From: Chrysomallon squamiferum
Lineage: Eukaryota > Animalia > Mollusca
DNA length: 64,000 nucleotides
Direction of reading: 5' to 3'
Assembly (NCBI GenBank): GCA_012295275.1
Contig: CM022665.1
Span: 49,042,001 to 49,106,000 of the forward strand
Shown: positions 36,107-50,263 of the stretch, in pieces
How positions within the stretch are numbered: the first letter of the stretch is position 1
How the letters are laid out: each line of letters opens with the position of its first letter
Notes under the pieces: generated by a model
The model's input: the letters and a program-made list of their open reading frames with translations, nothing else
Told to the model about the DNA's origin: nothing
Database searches by the model: none
Made by a program: the position numbers and the translations under genes

Positions 36107-36671
36107 CAGACATCAGTTTAAATGTTTTATATTATATATATATATTTATTTTTTTCAGACATCAGTTTAAATGTTTTATATTATATATATATTTTTTTTT
36201 TTTTCAGACATCAGTTTAAATGTTTTATATTATATATATATATTTTTTTTTTTCAGACATCAGTTTAAATGTTTGCGCAAACAGAAGCAGCTGGAGCAGC
36301 CCGTCTACTTCGAAGTGCAGCCTACAACCACAAACGTGGAGGACAAACCCCCTCTGCCCCCCAACAACCCCTCCTCTCTCGTCCCTCCCCCAAAGCCATT
36401 ACGTGCTGCCCAGGTGAACTACGCCCCACTGGGTGTTGACGGTGTGAGTTCGGGCGGGTCGGCAGACAAGCCGGGTGAAAGGCTGAGTGATGAGCAGTAC
36501 AACCTGCTGCTGAGGAAGAAGAGTCCCGCCACTCCGGGCTACCTGTTCGGCGAGGTGAAGAAGAAGATCAACAAGTTTGAAAACCACTACGCCCGCCCGG
36601 GTGAGAAGAACCCGCGAGGACAGTCTGTGGTGGACTGCAAGTACAACCAGCCCGATCTGCTCAAGTCTTAG
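28693..36671 (+). CDS. 6-exon type I membrane receptor (~476 aa): signal peptide, SUEL/Gal-lectin-like Cys domain, second ectodomain, TM helix, Tyr/Pro-rich tail
   Basis: Exons 28693-28771, 30362-30772, 31037-31408, 33870-33929, 34930-35023, 36257-36671; all GT-AG with matching phases (1,1,1,1,2), total 1431 nt. CSGKTSCEI...IQYKC resembles SUEL lectins; TM AFLIGIVVTCVTTLAVIIIIVVVCIY. Confidence 0.82.
29587..30408 (+). repeat. Six tandem copies of the intron 1/exon 2 junction, separated by GATA/CATA microsatellites
   Basis: TGATGTTATTATTACAG|AAGATTGCC.ACTACGGTCATGGAAGTTAACAG, with the AG ending at 29616, 29707, 29907, 30040, 30244 and 30361. Confidence 0.93.
34671..34843 (+). repeat. 14-bp minisatellite CAGTAAGTCAC(A/T)GT, ~12 copies
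   Basis: Direct reading; every unit contains GTAAGT. Confidence 0.93.
35355..36273 (+). repeat. ~13 tandem copies of the last intron/exon junction with (TA)n filler
   Basis: TTTCAG|ACATCAGTTTAAATGTTT repeated every ~50-60 bp; only the last copy continues into the ORF. Confidence 0.92.
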
Positions 36672-37410
36672 TTTTGTTATGTACATATACATACACACTG
36701 TTTTATAGATTACATACATACACACAGTTTTATAGATTATGAACATCACAGACACGATTCTACTGAAATCTTAGTTTTGTTATATACAAATACATACACA
36801 CAGTTTTTTAGATTACAAACATAACACACTGTTTTATAGATTACAAACATAAGATATGATTTAGTGAAATCTTAATTTTGTTATACAAATACACACTGTT
36901 TTATAAATTACAAACACAACCAGCCTGATCTACTGAAATCTTAGTTTTGTTATATACAAATACATACACACAGTTTTATAGATTACAAACATAACAGACA
37001 CAATTTTACTGAAATCTTAGTTTTGTTATATACATACATACACACTGTTTTATAGATTACAAACACAACCAGCCTTTTACTGAAATCTTAGTTTTGTTAT
37101 ATACATACATAAACACAGTTTTATAGATTACAAACATACACACAGTTTTATAGATTACAAACAGAACACACAGTTTTATAGATTACAAACATAACAGACA
37201 CAATTTTACTGACATCTTAGTTGTGTTATATACATACAGACTGTTTTATATAGATTACAAATATAACAAATGTGATATACTGAAGTCATAGTTTTATTGT
37301 ACATACACTTTAGTTTGTACATTACAGATATATACTCTTTGTACAAATACATAGATCTGATATAGTTTTGTAGATTACCAATATAACAAACCTGATTTAA
37401 TGAGATCTTA
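36640..37410 (+). repeat. ~70-80-bp degenerate tandem repeat derived from the stop-codon region
   Basis: ACAACCAGCC.GATCT.CT.AA.TCTTAGTTTTGTTAT...GTTTTATAGATTACA recurs. Confidence 0.85.
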
Positions 37411-38520
37411 GTTCATACACAAACACACACACTCACACATACACACACACATACACACACACCTTCACATTGTTTTATACGTTAGAAATTAATGTACATT
37501 ATGTTACAGATTACATTCTGTTCTAAAGTTTTCAGAAATAAGAAAAAACATTATTTTTAGAATACAAATATATATATATATAAACACTGTTTTGTACATT
37601 ACAAATATACACAACTATAAAATCTTTTTTTTTTTTGATTTATTTATTTATTTATTTATTTATTTAGTTGTTTATTTAGTTGTTTATTTATTTTTATTAT
37701 TATTTTTATTTTTTGAAGATTACAAATACTATATAACCACATACACTGAACTGAAATGATTTTGTAGACAACATGTACAACTGTTAATGTATGTTTGTAG
37801 CTAGACACAGTGGAAACACAGACTGTAGCTGTATGTATATAGTGTATATGTATATGTATGTAAATGCATTTATATAGTGGCTTCATGTATGTCTGTTCAT
37901 TCTCTGTAGACCACAAATTTATCTCTTACACCCACTGACTACAAAAAAAAAACATTAGTTTTTAGTGTGAATATTTTAATAATTGTCTTTTATGGAAGTT
38001 ACAACAAATTTTGTTAATAACATTTGAACTGTTGAGGTGTATAGACACACACATACAATCCATGCACTTCACAGACCCACACCCACACCCACACACACCC
38101 CCCCCACGTAAAACCACTAAGATTATGATTTCTAATCTCTATTATTTTATTTCATATCTACTGTAAACTGAAGTGATAAATGTAATAGACTGTTGCAGCA
38201 TTGTTGCTGTGTTTTGCTATTTTGGTACCACAAATCTGACAACCACATGTGTAAAAACAAAAACATATATATATATATATATAAATACATATACATTTAT
38301 TTTTATTTTCACTGGCTGAAAATACATTGTAACTTTTATTTAATGGTCACTGCTGCTTGATTGTTATTGTTAAATGATTGGTTTTTAAAACAAATATATC
38401 TTGGACTGGGGTTTGTGCATTTCACACTGGTCTAGTAACATTTGTAATGTCTCTGTGTTACAGACCAAAAGCATTATCAGAAAACCAAATGTAAAATATT
38501 ATGTTGTGAAACTGAACGAG

Positions 38521-38560
<40 letters not shown>

Positions 38561-39479
38561 TTATTTACTATTATTTGACTAAGTATGTGTGAGAATTTAT
38601 TTGAAAAAAAAATAGATTTACCAATTTTTGTTTATTTTATATGAATCTGTGATAAACTTGATAAATTACGCTTATTTAATATTAATACGATTAAACTACA
38701 TAACACTGTTTTATAATTGACATTTTTATTTTTATTATGCATATATATTTTTTATACTGGATAAATTAATTGTCTATTGGTGCCTTATATATATTTTATT
38801 CAGGGAAAATATTTTTTATTTATTTATATTTTATTTATTATATATTTATTTATTATTATTATTTTTTTTTTTTTAGAACAAGGCAAATGTTGTTTTCAGT
38901 TTAATGATGAAAGTTAGGGCAACAAGGCAGGCATATTCTTCAGGAAGTATGTGTTAATAGTTTCCATAGTTTTTATTCAACATGGGTAGAGAATCATGTG
39001 AATTTATGGGAAGGGCATTGATGCAGAGTTTGTAGGGCTACCATTAGGCATGTGTTGCCATGACAACTGTTCAGATTTTGAGACACCAAAGAAGAGGACA
39101 GTCATGGCACTCATAGTAAAATTTGTACAATAAATTTCTTGCCAAACTAAATAAATAAATAAATAATCAAATAAATAAATAAATATGATACCAGAGGAGA
39201 ATATACTTAAACTGAGAGGAGCCTTATTTTTTCAAGGTCATATACATGTATATCATATTCAGTAATAATTATATTTGTATGACAAGTAAAGAAGAAGATA
39301 ATTTTAAATGTTGTGGCATATTGGAAAACACTTGTACGTATTCTGAGTTGTATTCGAAAGTGTGTGAAGTTTGGTTTGTGTGACAGTAATTCACTGACTG
39401 TGGTTCTAAATACATTTTCATATTTCCAAGTTATTATTATTTTGTTTTATTGGCTAATAATCTTTCCTAGCAATCAAGT

Positions 39480-39800
39480 ATGATAATGTAAGCAGTGTTA
39501 CAGTAATGTACTAGATCAACACTTAAAATGTAATTTTGTATGTGTGTTTGCATTTACTCAGTCTTGTGCATTCGTGTACACAGAACTGTTAATCATTTTT
39601 TTCAATGCAATTATTTTTATATGCGTGAAATCTCATATTTATTTGTTATAAAAACTTTGAAATAATTTTTGATAAGATTTTACATCATTTGATATGATTA
39701 GTCTCTTGTTCACAGAAATTTTCTATCTTTTAAAAACTTGCTGTTTTAATTTCCATTCTGGAGGAGTTGATTATAATTCTTAAAATGTTTTAAAATAGTA
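39480..39800 (-). mobile_element. Possible highly decayed Tx1 ORF2 3' fragment
   Basis: Minus strand gives STPPEWK, resembling KSLPDEWK of the intact ORF2; weak further resemblance downstream. Confidence 0.3.
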
Positions 39801-39854
39801 TTTTTGATGCACGCATTGTGTGTGTGTGGCTGTGTGTGTGTGTGTGTTTGGCTG

Positions 39855-39910
<56 letters not shown>

Positions 39911-40514
39911 TGTGTGTGACTTTGTTGTGTGTGTTCATCTCAGACAATTTAAATAATGCTAAGAACTAAGAAGATTTGAAAACAAATTATTTTTACAAAA
40001 TGTATTTTTGAGACCTTTTTCCTCTTGTGTTAAGAAAATAGAAAATAAAACCACATATATATATATATATATAGATATATTTAAAATTACATTTTTAAAA
40101 CAAAATAAGTTTTACTGCATAAGAACTATTCTCAAAATTATTATTATTATTATTATTATTATTTTAATTTTTAAAATTTTTAGTTTTTTTTAATTTAAAA
40201 AACAAATTCGGATTAACAAGGTAAAAAGACTGTGTGATTTCTAAGTTTATAACTGGTACTATCTAATTGCTCATTGATTTTTTGTTTTTAATAATTATTA
40301 TACTTTTGAATCTGCTCAACACATCTATACCTTTAATCTGATATTCCTATTTGTTTTTCTGCGTAGATGTATATATTAATGTTTTGTCCACATGTGTATA
40401 TATATATATATGTATATATATATATTGATAATATAAACTTGTAAAACTAATTTATTTGAATTCCCAAATCATTAAAATGTCTCAATATATATATAAAATA
40501 TTTTATGTTTAAAA

Positions 40515-40571
<57 letters not shown>

Positions 40572-40719
40572 TCTGTGGTTGTTATTTATTTATTTATTAT
40601 TTTTTTTATTTGCGTTGTTTGAAGACAGTGATAAACCAATACCTAAGTGTTCAGTATATTTTTACTTTTTTTTTTTTTAATTGTACAGAATGGCCACATG
40701 TACAAAAATCAAAAGAACA

Positions 40720-41085
40720 ATTGATGACTTCATATAGTTTATATGTAAAAAGAAAGATTGGTGACTTGATACAGTTTATATGTAAAAAGATTGATTAGTG
40801 ATATATACAGTTATTAGGTAAAAAAAAGAAAGATTGATGACTTAATACAGTTTATATGTAAAAAAAACAAAGATTGATGACTTCATACAGTTTATATGTA
40901 AAAAGAATGATTGGTGACAATACAGTTTATATGTAAAAAGAATGATTGGTGACTTAATACAGTTAATATGTAAAAAAAGAAAGATTGATGTCTTAATACA
41001 GTTTATATGTAAAAAGAACGAATGATGACTTAATACAGTTTATGTGTAAAAAACTAATGATGACTTAATACAGTGTTTATGTAAA
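40720..41085. repeat. ~40-bp minisatellite GATTGATGACTTAATACAGTTTATATGTAAAAAG, ~9 copies
   Basis: Direct reading. Confidence 0.9.
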
Positions 41086-41094
41086 CTTTTACTC

Positions 41095-41430
41095 TTCTTT
41101 TAAAATCAAGTGTCTTCCTTTTTATCATTTATAAGTCATTATATGTCAAACATTTTCAATAGTGATGTTATGAAAGAGGAAACTTGCTAAATCATTCTGA
41201 AGCTAACAGCAACAGATTGTTTTTGTATGTTCACCTTCCCATGGAAAGGACAAAACATACCTGAAACAGCACGATCTATCCCAGAGAACATAGCTTTTTT
41301 TATTGTAAGTGGTGAATTAAGAATGTCAAAAATAAATAAATAAATAAATATAATTAACATAAACGCAGTACTAACAAAGATGTTGATGAGAATAGTTAAA
41401 CCATTCAGACTGATGGATCTTAACATCATC
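41095..41430 (-). mobile_element. Decayed L1/Tx1 APE endonuclease fragment
   Basis: Minus strand MMLRSISLNGL (cf. MILSINVNGL), KQSVAV (cf. RRGVAI), GRHLILK (cf. GRILKI), in the right order. Confidence 0.55.
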
Positions 41431-41794
41431 TATCATTTCAATGAATGATTATAACCATTTTTATTTATTTATTTCTTTGTGGGTTCATAAACTTTTCGTA
41501 TAATTATACCACAGTCTTCGATAATCGTTCACGTGTTACTTGTTGGAATGGGTAAAAACTACCAGTGTTGAGCACTGGAAGTGTTTTGTAATGAAATTGT
41601 GAGTTTCTAATCTGATGTGTTCTTGAGCAGATACACTTGTTATTACAATATTACGATTTTAAACGTCATCTTTTTTTTCTTTTTTTTTTTAATGTTGCTC
41701 CAAGAATTCATGCTTTTTGAGAACTTTTTAATGAATAAAGTTTACTTGTATTTAAATTAAGAGTTGCTGCTTTGTTTTCTTATTATTTACGTTT

Positions 41795-41843
<49 letters not shown>

Positions 41844-42086
41844 TTATAAAACGCAGAATTATATTTCTATGTTACGAACTTTAAATACTTTAAACAGACG
41901 TGGTCGTATTACTATTAGTATTATACTAACTCGCTGTAGTAGTCGTTGTAGTCAAATTAGTAGCAGTAAAACTGGAAGTATGCAAAATAACGCTCGTAAT
42001 ACCTATGTAACTGTGATTACGTCACAGCTGGTATTTTGAATGAAACACAAATTCATTAATTCAGTGAGAAAAATAATAATCGTTAT

Positions 42087-42159
42087 CGACCCCAACGAGA
42101 CTCGAACTCGCAATCTTCTGATTCGAAGTCAGACGCCTTATCCATTAGGCCGCGAGGCC
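42087..42159 (-). tRNA. tRNA-Arg(TCG), two substitutions (T8C, C66T)
   Basis: Reverse complement of the consensus; loss of U8 may impair it. Confidence 0.85.
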
Positions 42160-42503
42160 GCTGTTAGACTCTTTTAAACAGCCTGTTTTGAGATTAACAA
42201 TAAAAATAATAATAATAATAACAAAAAACCAAAATAATAATAATAATAAAAAAATAAATAAAGGCATAAATAAATATAAAAAATAAATTACACAAATAAA
42301 TGACCATGATTTGTCTTGGAGCAAGTCCAGTAAAGAAGAAATTTGAGGTTACACAGTTCAAGTTTCATGGCCCGCCATTAGATATACTACTACTTCTGAC
42401 GAAAATGGCAGTTTTAGTTTTAACATTAAATCTGTTTTTAAATGTCTGCAGTAATGTTCACTTTGCACAAAACATAAATAGTGAGAAAAATATAAACAAA
42501 AAT

Positions 42504-42576
42504 TGACCCCGACGAGACTCGAACTCGCAATCTTCTGATTCGAAGTCAGACGCCTTATCCATTAGGCCACGAGGCC
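42504..42576 (-). tRNA. tRNA-Arg(TCG)
   Basis: Reverse complement of the consensus. Confidence 0.95.
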
Positions 42577-42660
42577 GGTAATCAGGTAATTAATCTGAGA
42601 CTTTATGAATAACAGTGAATCTTTTCCTTTCGTTATTTTTTTCACCTTTTCTTTGTTTCT

Positions 42661-42691
<31 letters not shown>

Positions 42692-42703
42692 TTATTATTT
42701 TTT

Positions 42704-42734
<31 letters not shown>

Positions 42735-42945
42735 CTGGCGGATAGATTAATTTGCTCATTTGGAAACGCTGCTAATATCAGTCTTCGTTATTTTCACCAT
42801 CAGCATCATCATGAACAACAACAACAACAGAAAGAGTATGTGTGTATTATTAAAAAAAAAAAATTGATAAATATAAAAATAAGTAAATAAAAATGCTTAT
42901 CCCGTATGTTGAACAATAAGAATAAATAAATAATAATAATAATAT

Positions 42946-43018
42946 TGACCCCGACGAGACTCGAACTCGCAATCTTCTGATTCGAAGTCAGACGCCTTAT
43001 CCATTAGGCCACGAGGCC
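42946..43018 (-). tRNA. tRNA-Arg(TCG)
   Basis: Reverse complement of the consensus. Confidence 0.95.
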
Positions 43019-43395
43019 TCTGTTAGACCATTTCAAATGGCTTGTTTTAGATAATTGTAACATCTCGACTTCGCTGAATCGAAGCAGAAATGAATGTTTA
43101 TATTCGAACACATTTGAACGCTGCCATTAAAAATACTTGATCTACGTCATTTTAGGGGTTGTGTCATCTACTTTATTTTTCATTTATTAATGATATTTTA
43201 TTGTTATTATTGTTACTGTTACTGGTAGTTCTATTACATTATTAATTAATTAACTGTTTGAATGAATATTAAAGCTCTATTATGTTTAAAATGTAACTCT
43301 GTTTTATTTAATTATTTGTCTTATTATTTTTATTTTAAAGAAATAATTAAAGCAGGACACTGTTCATTGCATTAGAAGTGAGTATGTTTCTACAA

Positions 43396-43468
43396 GGCCC
43401 CGTGGCCCAATGGATAAGGCGTCTGACTTCGAATCAGAAGATTGCGAGTTCGAGTCTCGTCGGGGTCG
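43396..43468 (+). tRNA. tRNA-Arg(TCG)
   Basis: GGCCCCG acceptor variant; T-run terminator follows. Confidence 0.94.
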
Positions 43469-44239
43469 ATATTTTTTTTTTATTTTTTTTTATTTTATTT
43501 TATTTTTTAAAATATGTTTTCCTGTAATTTTTTTTATTCGTATTATTGTTTATTGTTACCTTGCAAGATCAAAATTATTGCTTAATTATTTATACGGGAA
43601 CAATAATATAACTATCATTCAGTTTCACTTTTTAAAGGATTCATAAAAAGTCTTGCCGAGTTCAGTACAAAGCTGATCGTGGAAAATAAAGATGAAATTT
43701 TAATAATTAATTTACGTGAATGATTAAACTATACAAGCTCGATAAAATTCAACTTATTATTGTGAAAAATACTATCAAGATAAAGATATGTTCTAGAATG
43801 AACAAAATGATTCAAAAATATTTAAACTGCAATCTGATTTTTATTATTATTATTGTTGTTGTTGTTGTTGTTGTTGTTTTTATTATTACGTTATTAGTCG
43901 TGTGCTTCTTCTTATAGACTCCTTTAATGACAAATTGGAATGGGCAAACCAGTGCAGAGAAAATATTTAAATTTAATACTTTATTAAAGTAATTAATTCT
44001 AATTGACAAGAACTGTATTCTGTCTGTTAGTTACAGAACAATGAAAGGAAAAACAAAGTAAAGAAAAAAAAGAAGAAGAAAAAAAAGAAGAAGAAAAAAC
44101 CGCATGAAGAAACAGCATTTTAATACTGACGTAGAAACACAGCGTTAGAATCACAGCTAATCTCAGACTTCGCACTTGCATCCGTCCACAGCAATAAATA
44201 ATAAAACAAAATATTATAAAATACAATAAAATAAAAAAA

Positions 44240-44288
<49 letters not shown>

Positions 44289-44615
44289 ATATTACGTAAA
44301 TACGTAAATAAATAATAAAATTAAAAAATAAAATAATAAAATAAAATAAAATAAAAATAAATAAAATATAATGAAAATTAAAATAAAATAAATAAATAAT
44401 AAAATAAAATAATAAAATAAAGTAAAAATAAATAAATAAAATAAATAAATAAATAAAATGAAAAATAATAATAGAAAAAAAATAGAAAAAAGAAAAGAAA
44501 GATATATATATAAAAGAAAAAGAAAAAAAGAAAGAAAAGAAAAGTAAGATAAGTAAATAAATAATTTTTAATATAAAATCAAGACAAATTTCTTTCCTGA
44601 GCAAATGCAGTCTGG

Positions 44616-44800
44616 CAGAACTATGCTACAGTACAAGTGAAACAGAAAACACTGGGTAATACTGATAAATAAACTTAAATAAATTCCAAGTTACGTCAGG
44701 TCTGTCAGAACTATGCTACAGTACAAGTGAAACAGAAAACACTGGGTAATACTGATAAATAAACTTAAATAAATTCCAAGTTACGTCAGGTCTGTCAGAA
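44616..44800. repeat. 90-bp tandem duplication
   Basis: CAGAACTATGCTACAGTACAAGTG... starts at 44616 and again at 44706. Confidence 0.92.
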
Positions 44801-45749
44801 GAAACTAGCTAATAAATAAAGGAACCACTATTTTGTATGAATTGTATAAATATCTCGTAACTCCCAGATCGTGAATGTAGTCATAAATGGAGTTGTGTCC
44901 CTTGTTTCATGTTTTAAATTATTTACAGTGATGTGTACGCGTGTGCATATATGTACACGTGTGTGTGTGTGTGTGTGTGTGTATGCGTCATTCCGAGGCA
45001 TTATTGGTTGATACGGCTGAATGAATTAATGCTTAATACATCTGAATATCATTAATACGATTAATCTGATGAAAGTTAATATATAATGTGTGTGTGTGTG
45101 TGTGTGTGCGTGCGTTCAAGAAGTGAATATCATCACATATGAGAATATTTACAAAGATGAATGAATAATAAATGAATTAATAACAAACGTTCAGTAATAA
45201 ATTAATTAAACATCAGAATATAGGTTTTAGTCCTAAACAGATTATTGTCGCTTCTGTACTAATACAGTCACCATAGCAACTGAGGTGAAATGAATACTGT
45301 AGTGTCAGCTCCTAATTGTTTATTTATTTATATTATCTAATTATTATTATTATTATTTACTTTTTTATATATTTATTTTATTTTATTTATTTATTTTTAT
45401 TTTTTATTTTTTATTTATTTATTTATTTTTTGTATTTTGGGGTTTTTGGAAGATTTATTTATTTTTATTTGTTTATTTTTTATTTAATTATTTATTTTTT
45501 GTATTTTGGGGTTTTTGGAATATTTATTTATTTATTTACTTTTTTATATATCTGTTTATTTATTATTTTTTTTGTAACTGATTCACTATTATTTTCTTTC
45601 TTTTTCTTACATTCTTTCATTCTTATTACTTTCTTTTTCAACAGTGCAGTTAATTTCATCTGGAAAGATAACCTTCCCCACACAAACACATGTGCTGACG
45701 TCGCTTCTTTTCTAACTCTCTGGATTCGTTCCAAGGCAGACTGCAAAAC

Positions 45750-46238
45750 TCAGTAATCCGTACAGAACTTCAGCAGAACTGCAGACGTAAAAATGAAAAC
45801 GAGGACATTGTTGGAAACGACGTCTGCGCGGTTCACAATAGATGCGGATACAAAAGTTTCTGGTTCAACTGTGTATCCTATGTTAACGGGAACATCGCCA
45901 GTGGCGTTTTCGTTTGACAGCTTTTCATTGGCTGAGACGCATGATTCCTGACCAATCATTGTTAGCCTTTCTGACTGGAATTGCATCGACTGTTCGTAGA
46001 GCATTACCCCCAGCGTCCACTCTAAAAATAAACAAAATAAAATATTTACTAAATTCCGAGTCAGTTTGTGGAAACCAGGCTGCAAATAAGGGGGAACCAT
46101 TATTTAAGGGTATGAAGTTTTTTTTAAACTTTTCGTAATTCCTGGTACGAGTATGGAGAACCGTGGCATAATTGGAGTTGTCTCCCTTGCCTCATCTCTA
46201 ATATTTACAATGCCTAAATAAACAAACAAACAAACAAA

Positions 46239-46273
<35 letters not shown>

Positions 46274-46410
46274 AACAATTACAATAACGATGGTGTTGAT
46301 GATAATGATGACTACTGATAAAAAATAAATAATAATAATACTAAAAATAAAAAAGAATTTTCACAGAAAACATGCAAACGCAACTCGTCCCTGTCACTGA
46401 TAATAGTTTG

Positions 46411-46451
<41 letters not shown>

Positions 46452-46894
46452 GAAGAAAAGATTAATTTGTTGAATGTAACAATGGCGATGATGACTCAAA
46501 CATATTAGATCAAAATGACGATGGCGAAGACTTAATGTTGACGACATCTTTTTTTTTTTTTTTATGATGATTGTGGAAAATATCCATAATGTAATGATGA
46601 TGATGATTACACGACGACGAAGACATAATAAAGCTGTCCTTCATACCAGTTCTTGTATCGTCTACTCTGTTGGTGACTATAAGGACGTTGTTGTCGTCGT
46701 TGACGCCGTACACCTCAGTCAGCAGCAGGGGAATGTACACCGACATGAAACATTCATCCGAGGCGTATTTCCGGTCAATGCCAGGTTGGAGTATGGCCCT
46801 CTCGAATGTCTGCAAGTAAATATTGTTGTTGTTATTATTATTATTATTATTATTGTTATTGTTAATATTATTATTATTATTATTGTTATTATTA

Positions 46895-46959
<65 letters not shown>

Positions 46960-47455
46960 GTTATTGTTAATATTATTATTATTATTATTAATTGATTGAT
47001 TGACTGATTTTCAGTGAAGTTAAAATTAACTTCGTTCTTAAACATTAGATGTACATCACCAAGTACGGCCTCGTGGCCTAATGGATAAGGCGTCTGACTT
47101 CGAATCAGAAGATTGCGAGTTCGAGTCTCGTCGGGGTCGAATAATTATTTTAAAATTTTAGAATAGTTGTTTGTTGAGGCACTGATGTTTATGATTTAAT
47201 GTATTAAAATTGTATATTAACCGTTTCATAATGTCACTATGGTAACCTATAACAAATGTATAAACACTTGTCCGATTGTTTCTTCTTTTTACTTTTATTT
47301 CAAATAAAGATATTTGTACGTAGGCCTAAAATGCTACAGTATATATGTTTAGATATGTATGTGTATTTATGTGTGTATATATCTGTATATGTGTGCATAT
47401 ATGTTTGTATTTATGTATGTACGTATGTATGTATGTATGTATGAATGTTTGTATA

Positions 47456-47536
<81 letters not shown>

Positions 47537-48105
47537 GAATATATGACTCGGTGCAAACAATTGAAGCTATTTTTTATATGGCCTCGTGGCCTAATGGATA
47601 AGGCGTCTGACTTCGAATCAGAAGATTGCGAGTTCGAGTCTCGTCGGGGTCGAATTTTGTATTATTATAAAAATAATAATAAATTAAATATTATTATTAT
47701 GATATCTGACAAGTTTCCATTACATTACAAATTTTTGAATTATTATTTTGAAACATTTACCTCATTACAATACTGACTGCTGATGTATCTAAGTTTAGAA
47801 ATGTTTAAGATTCTATCCTCTTCTAGAACATTCAGGTTCTGAAGTGTGTAAACAAATCCTTGAGTTGCATAAAACGTCATGTTTCCAACTGGAGGCTGGT
47901 ACACAGAACCCAGTGCGCATGGCTTCGGATGACACATGGAGTCCTCAGCCTTCCGCAGGAAGTGACGTATATGTTGAGCACATCTGCTCGAACTGCCGTT
48001 TCCTTGAAGCTGAAATGTTTTACCAGAGTCATCTTTGAAGGTTTGGGTGTCACCTGAAATGTGCAAAGAAATGATTTCAGTAATAAATTAAATTAATAAA
48101 TAAAT

Positions 48106-48150
<45 letters not shown>

Positions 48151-48348
48151 AAATGCAATGAAAATATTTTTATTAGAAAATTAAATGTGTATATGTATGT
48201 ATGTGTGTGTATGTGTATGTATGTGCGTATTAACAGTGAGTGCATTAGAACTACAAGACTACATTAATGTTTACTGTGATATTTGAATCAGAAATGAGGG
48301 CTACATGGAGCATAATGTGTAAATAGGTTACAATTAAACAACAACAAT

Positions 48349-48396
<48 letters not shown>

Positions 48397-48578
48397 AATA
48401 ATAATAATAATAATCATAACGACAACAACAACAGCAGCAGCAGCAACAACAACACAACAATAATAATAATAATCTTCTCTGAACAGTTGACATAAACACG
48501 TCACCTAGAAACTCAACAGTTCCATCATCAGGGGAAAAACAGAGCAACAGAATCGTGGCAACGAGTTGATAAACGCAT

Positions 48579-48613
<35 letters not shown>

Positions 48614-49196
48614 TTTGTGTTGTGTCTGCTTGTGAGAACGCCAGATCGTGAACGTTATTTAATTACAGTTTATTTTCGTAAAAGCAGACACGTTGATCCC
48701 CTACGCGGTTATCTCTCGCAGCGAACTGGCAGGCGCCCTCTATCGGAGAGTGGAACCACTACAAACGTCTCCTGTGACCACTTCAGCGTGCTGGTAGCAA
48801 GATTAGGAACTCATCAAGGGGAAAAAAAATAAAGTTTGTTTTGAAATAAACGAAAATAGCAAACTCGATAAAATAATGAGAAGGAACATTCCATGATGGC
48901 AGATAATCACGTGCGTCAGAGGATATCAGAAAATCGCAGCAGCCAATTCAGTTGATGTCCGCGGGGTGGGTGCGGGTGTAAACAGAACCCTCCCCCCCAA
49001 CGAATAAAGTTTGAACCGGAATCTTAAACACTCCATGTTTGCAGCCGATGTGGTGAAGAAACAAAAGGAAATCATCTTAAGTAAGAATATTAACTGGTAA
49101 CTGGTAATGAAAAGGTGTCCGTATTAGACCGAGCTATAACGTATTGTTGTGAAGTTTTTTTTTTTTTTTTTCTTTAATATTGTTATACAATTTATT

Positions 49197-49262
<66 letters not shown>

Positions 49263-49391
49263 TGAATTCACTAGATATTTTATTTTATTAATTAATTAAT
49301 TTATTTATTTACTTATTTTTTATTTATTTATTTTTTCGAATGTACATTATGTTAAAAATACTCTGACGTAAATAAATAAAACAATAAATAA

Positions 49392-49469
<78 letters not shown>

Positions 49470-50051
49470 AATAATAATAACAATAAAACAATAAATAAGT
49501 AAATAAATAAATTACTCGGAGATAAACAATTTCACGGCGCCACCTGCAGCAGCGACATCACACTCACCTTTCAGCATGCAGGGACTGAACACTACATCGG
49601 CCTCGTCACGTCCTCTGGTCAGCAGACTGTTCACCTTGCGGAGCATGTAGTCTGAGCCGTAGGTGAGGTAGCTGTGCACGTAGAGGTCAAACCTGCGCGC
49701 GACGAGGTGAACCTGGAACTCGCCGGCGTACAGGGGCACGCTGGGAACGAAGGCGATCTGAGTGGAACCCCCTCCCATCTCCAGCACCCCCGCTGACTGA
49801 TTGGGTGCTCTGTAAAAGTTCAAAATGTTAACTTATTAAATTATGTTACTGAGTGGGTTTTTTAAAAAAAAAAAAAAAAAAAAAAGATGGACTGGTAGCG
49901 GACACTTTGATGTGATGTTTATCAATAACACAAATGTGTAATTAACGTTAGTTTGGTTTTGAAAATCATTGATTTCAAAACGGGTGGATTTTTTTTTTTA
50001 GAAAATTCATGATGCACTGAATGTGTGAAAATAAATACGAGTCATTCTCAA

Positions 50052-50150
<99 letters not shown>

Positions 50151-50174
50151 AATACAAATTAAACAACAATACTT

Positions 50175-50216
<42 letters not shown>

Positions 50217-50232
50217 ATAATAATAATAATAA

Positions 50233-50263
<31 letters not shown>

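Noticed and set aside
48731-48746. CTCF-like motif (CCGATAGAGGGCGCC, minus strand)
   Set aside because: A single imperfect match with no supporting evidence.
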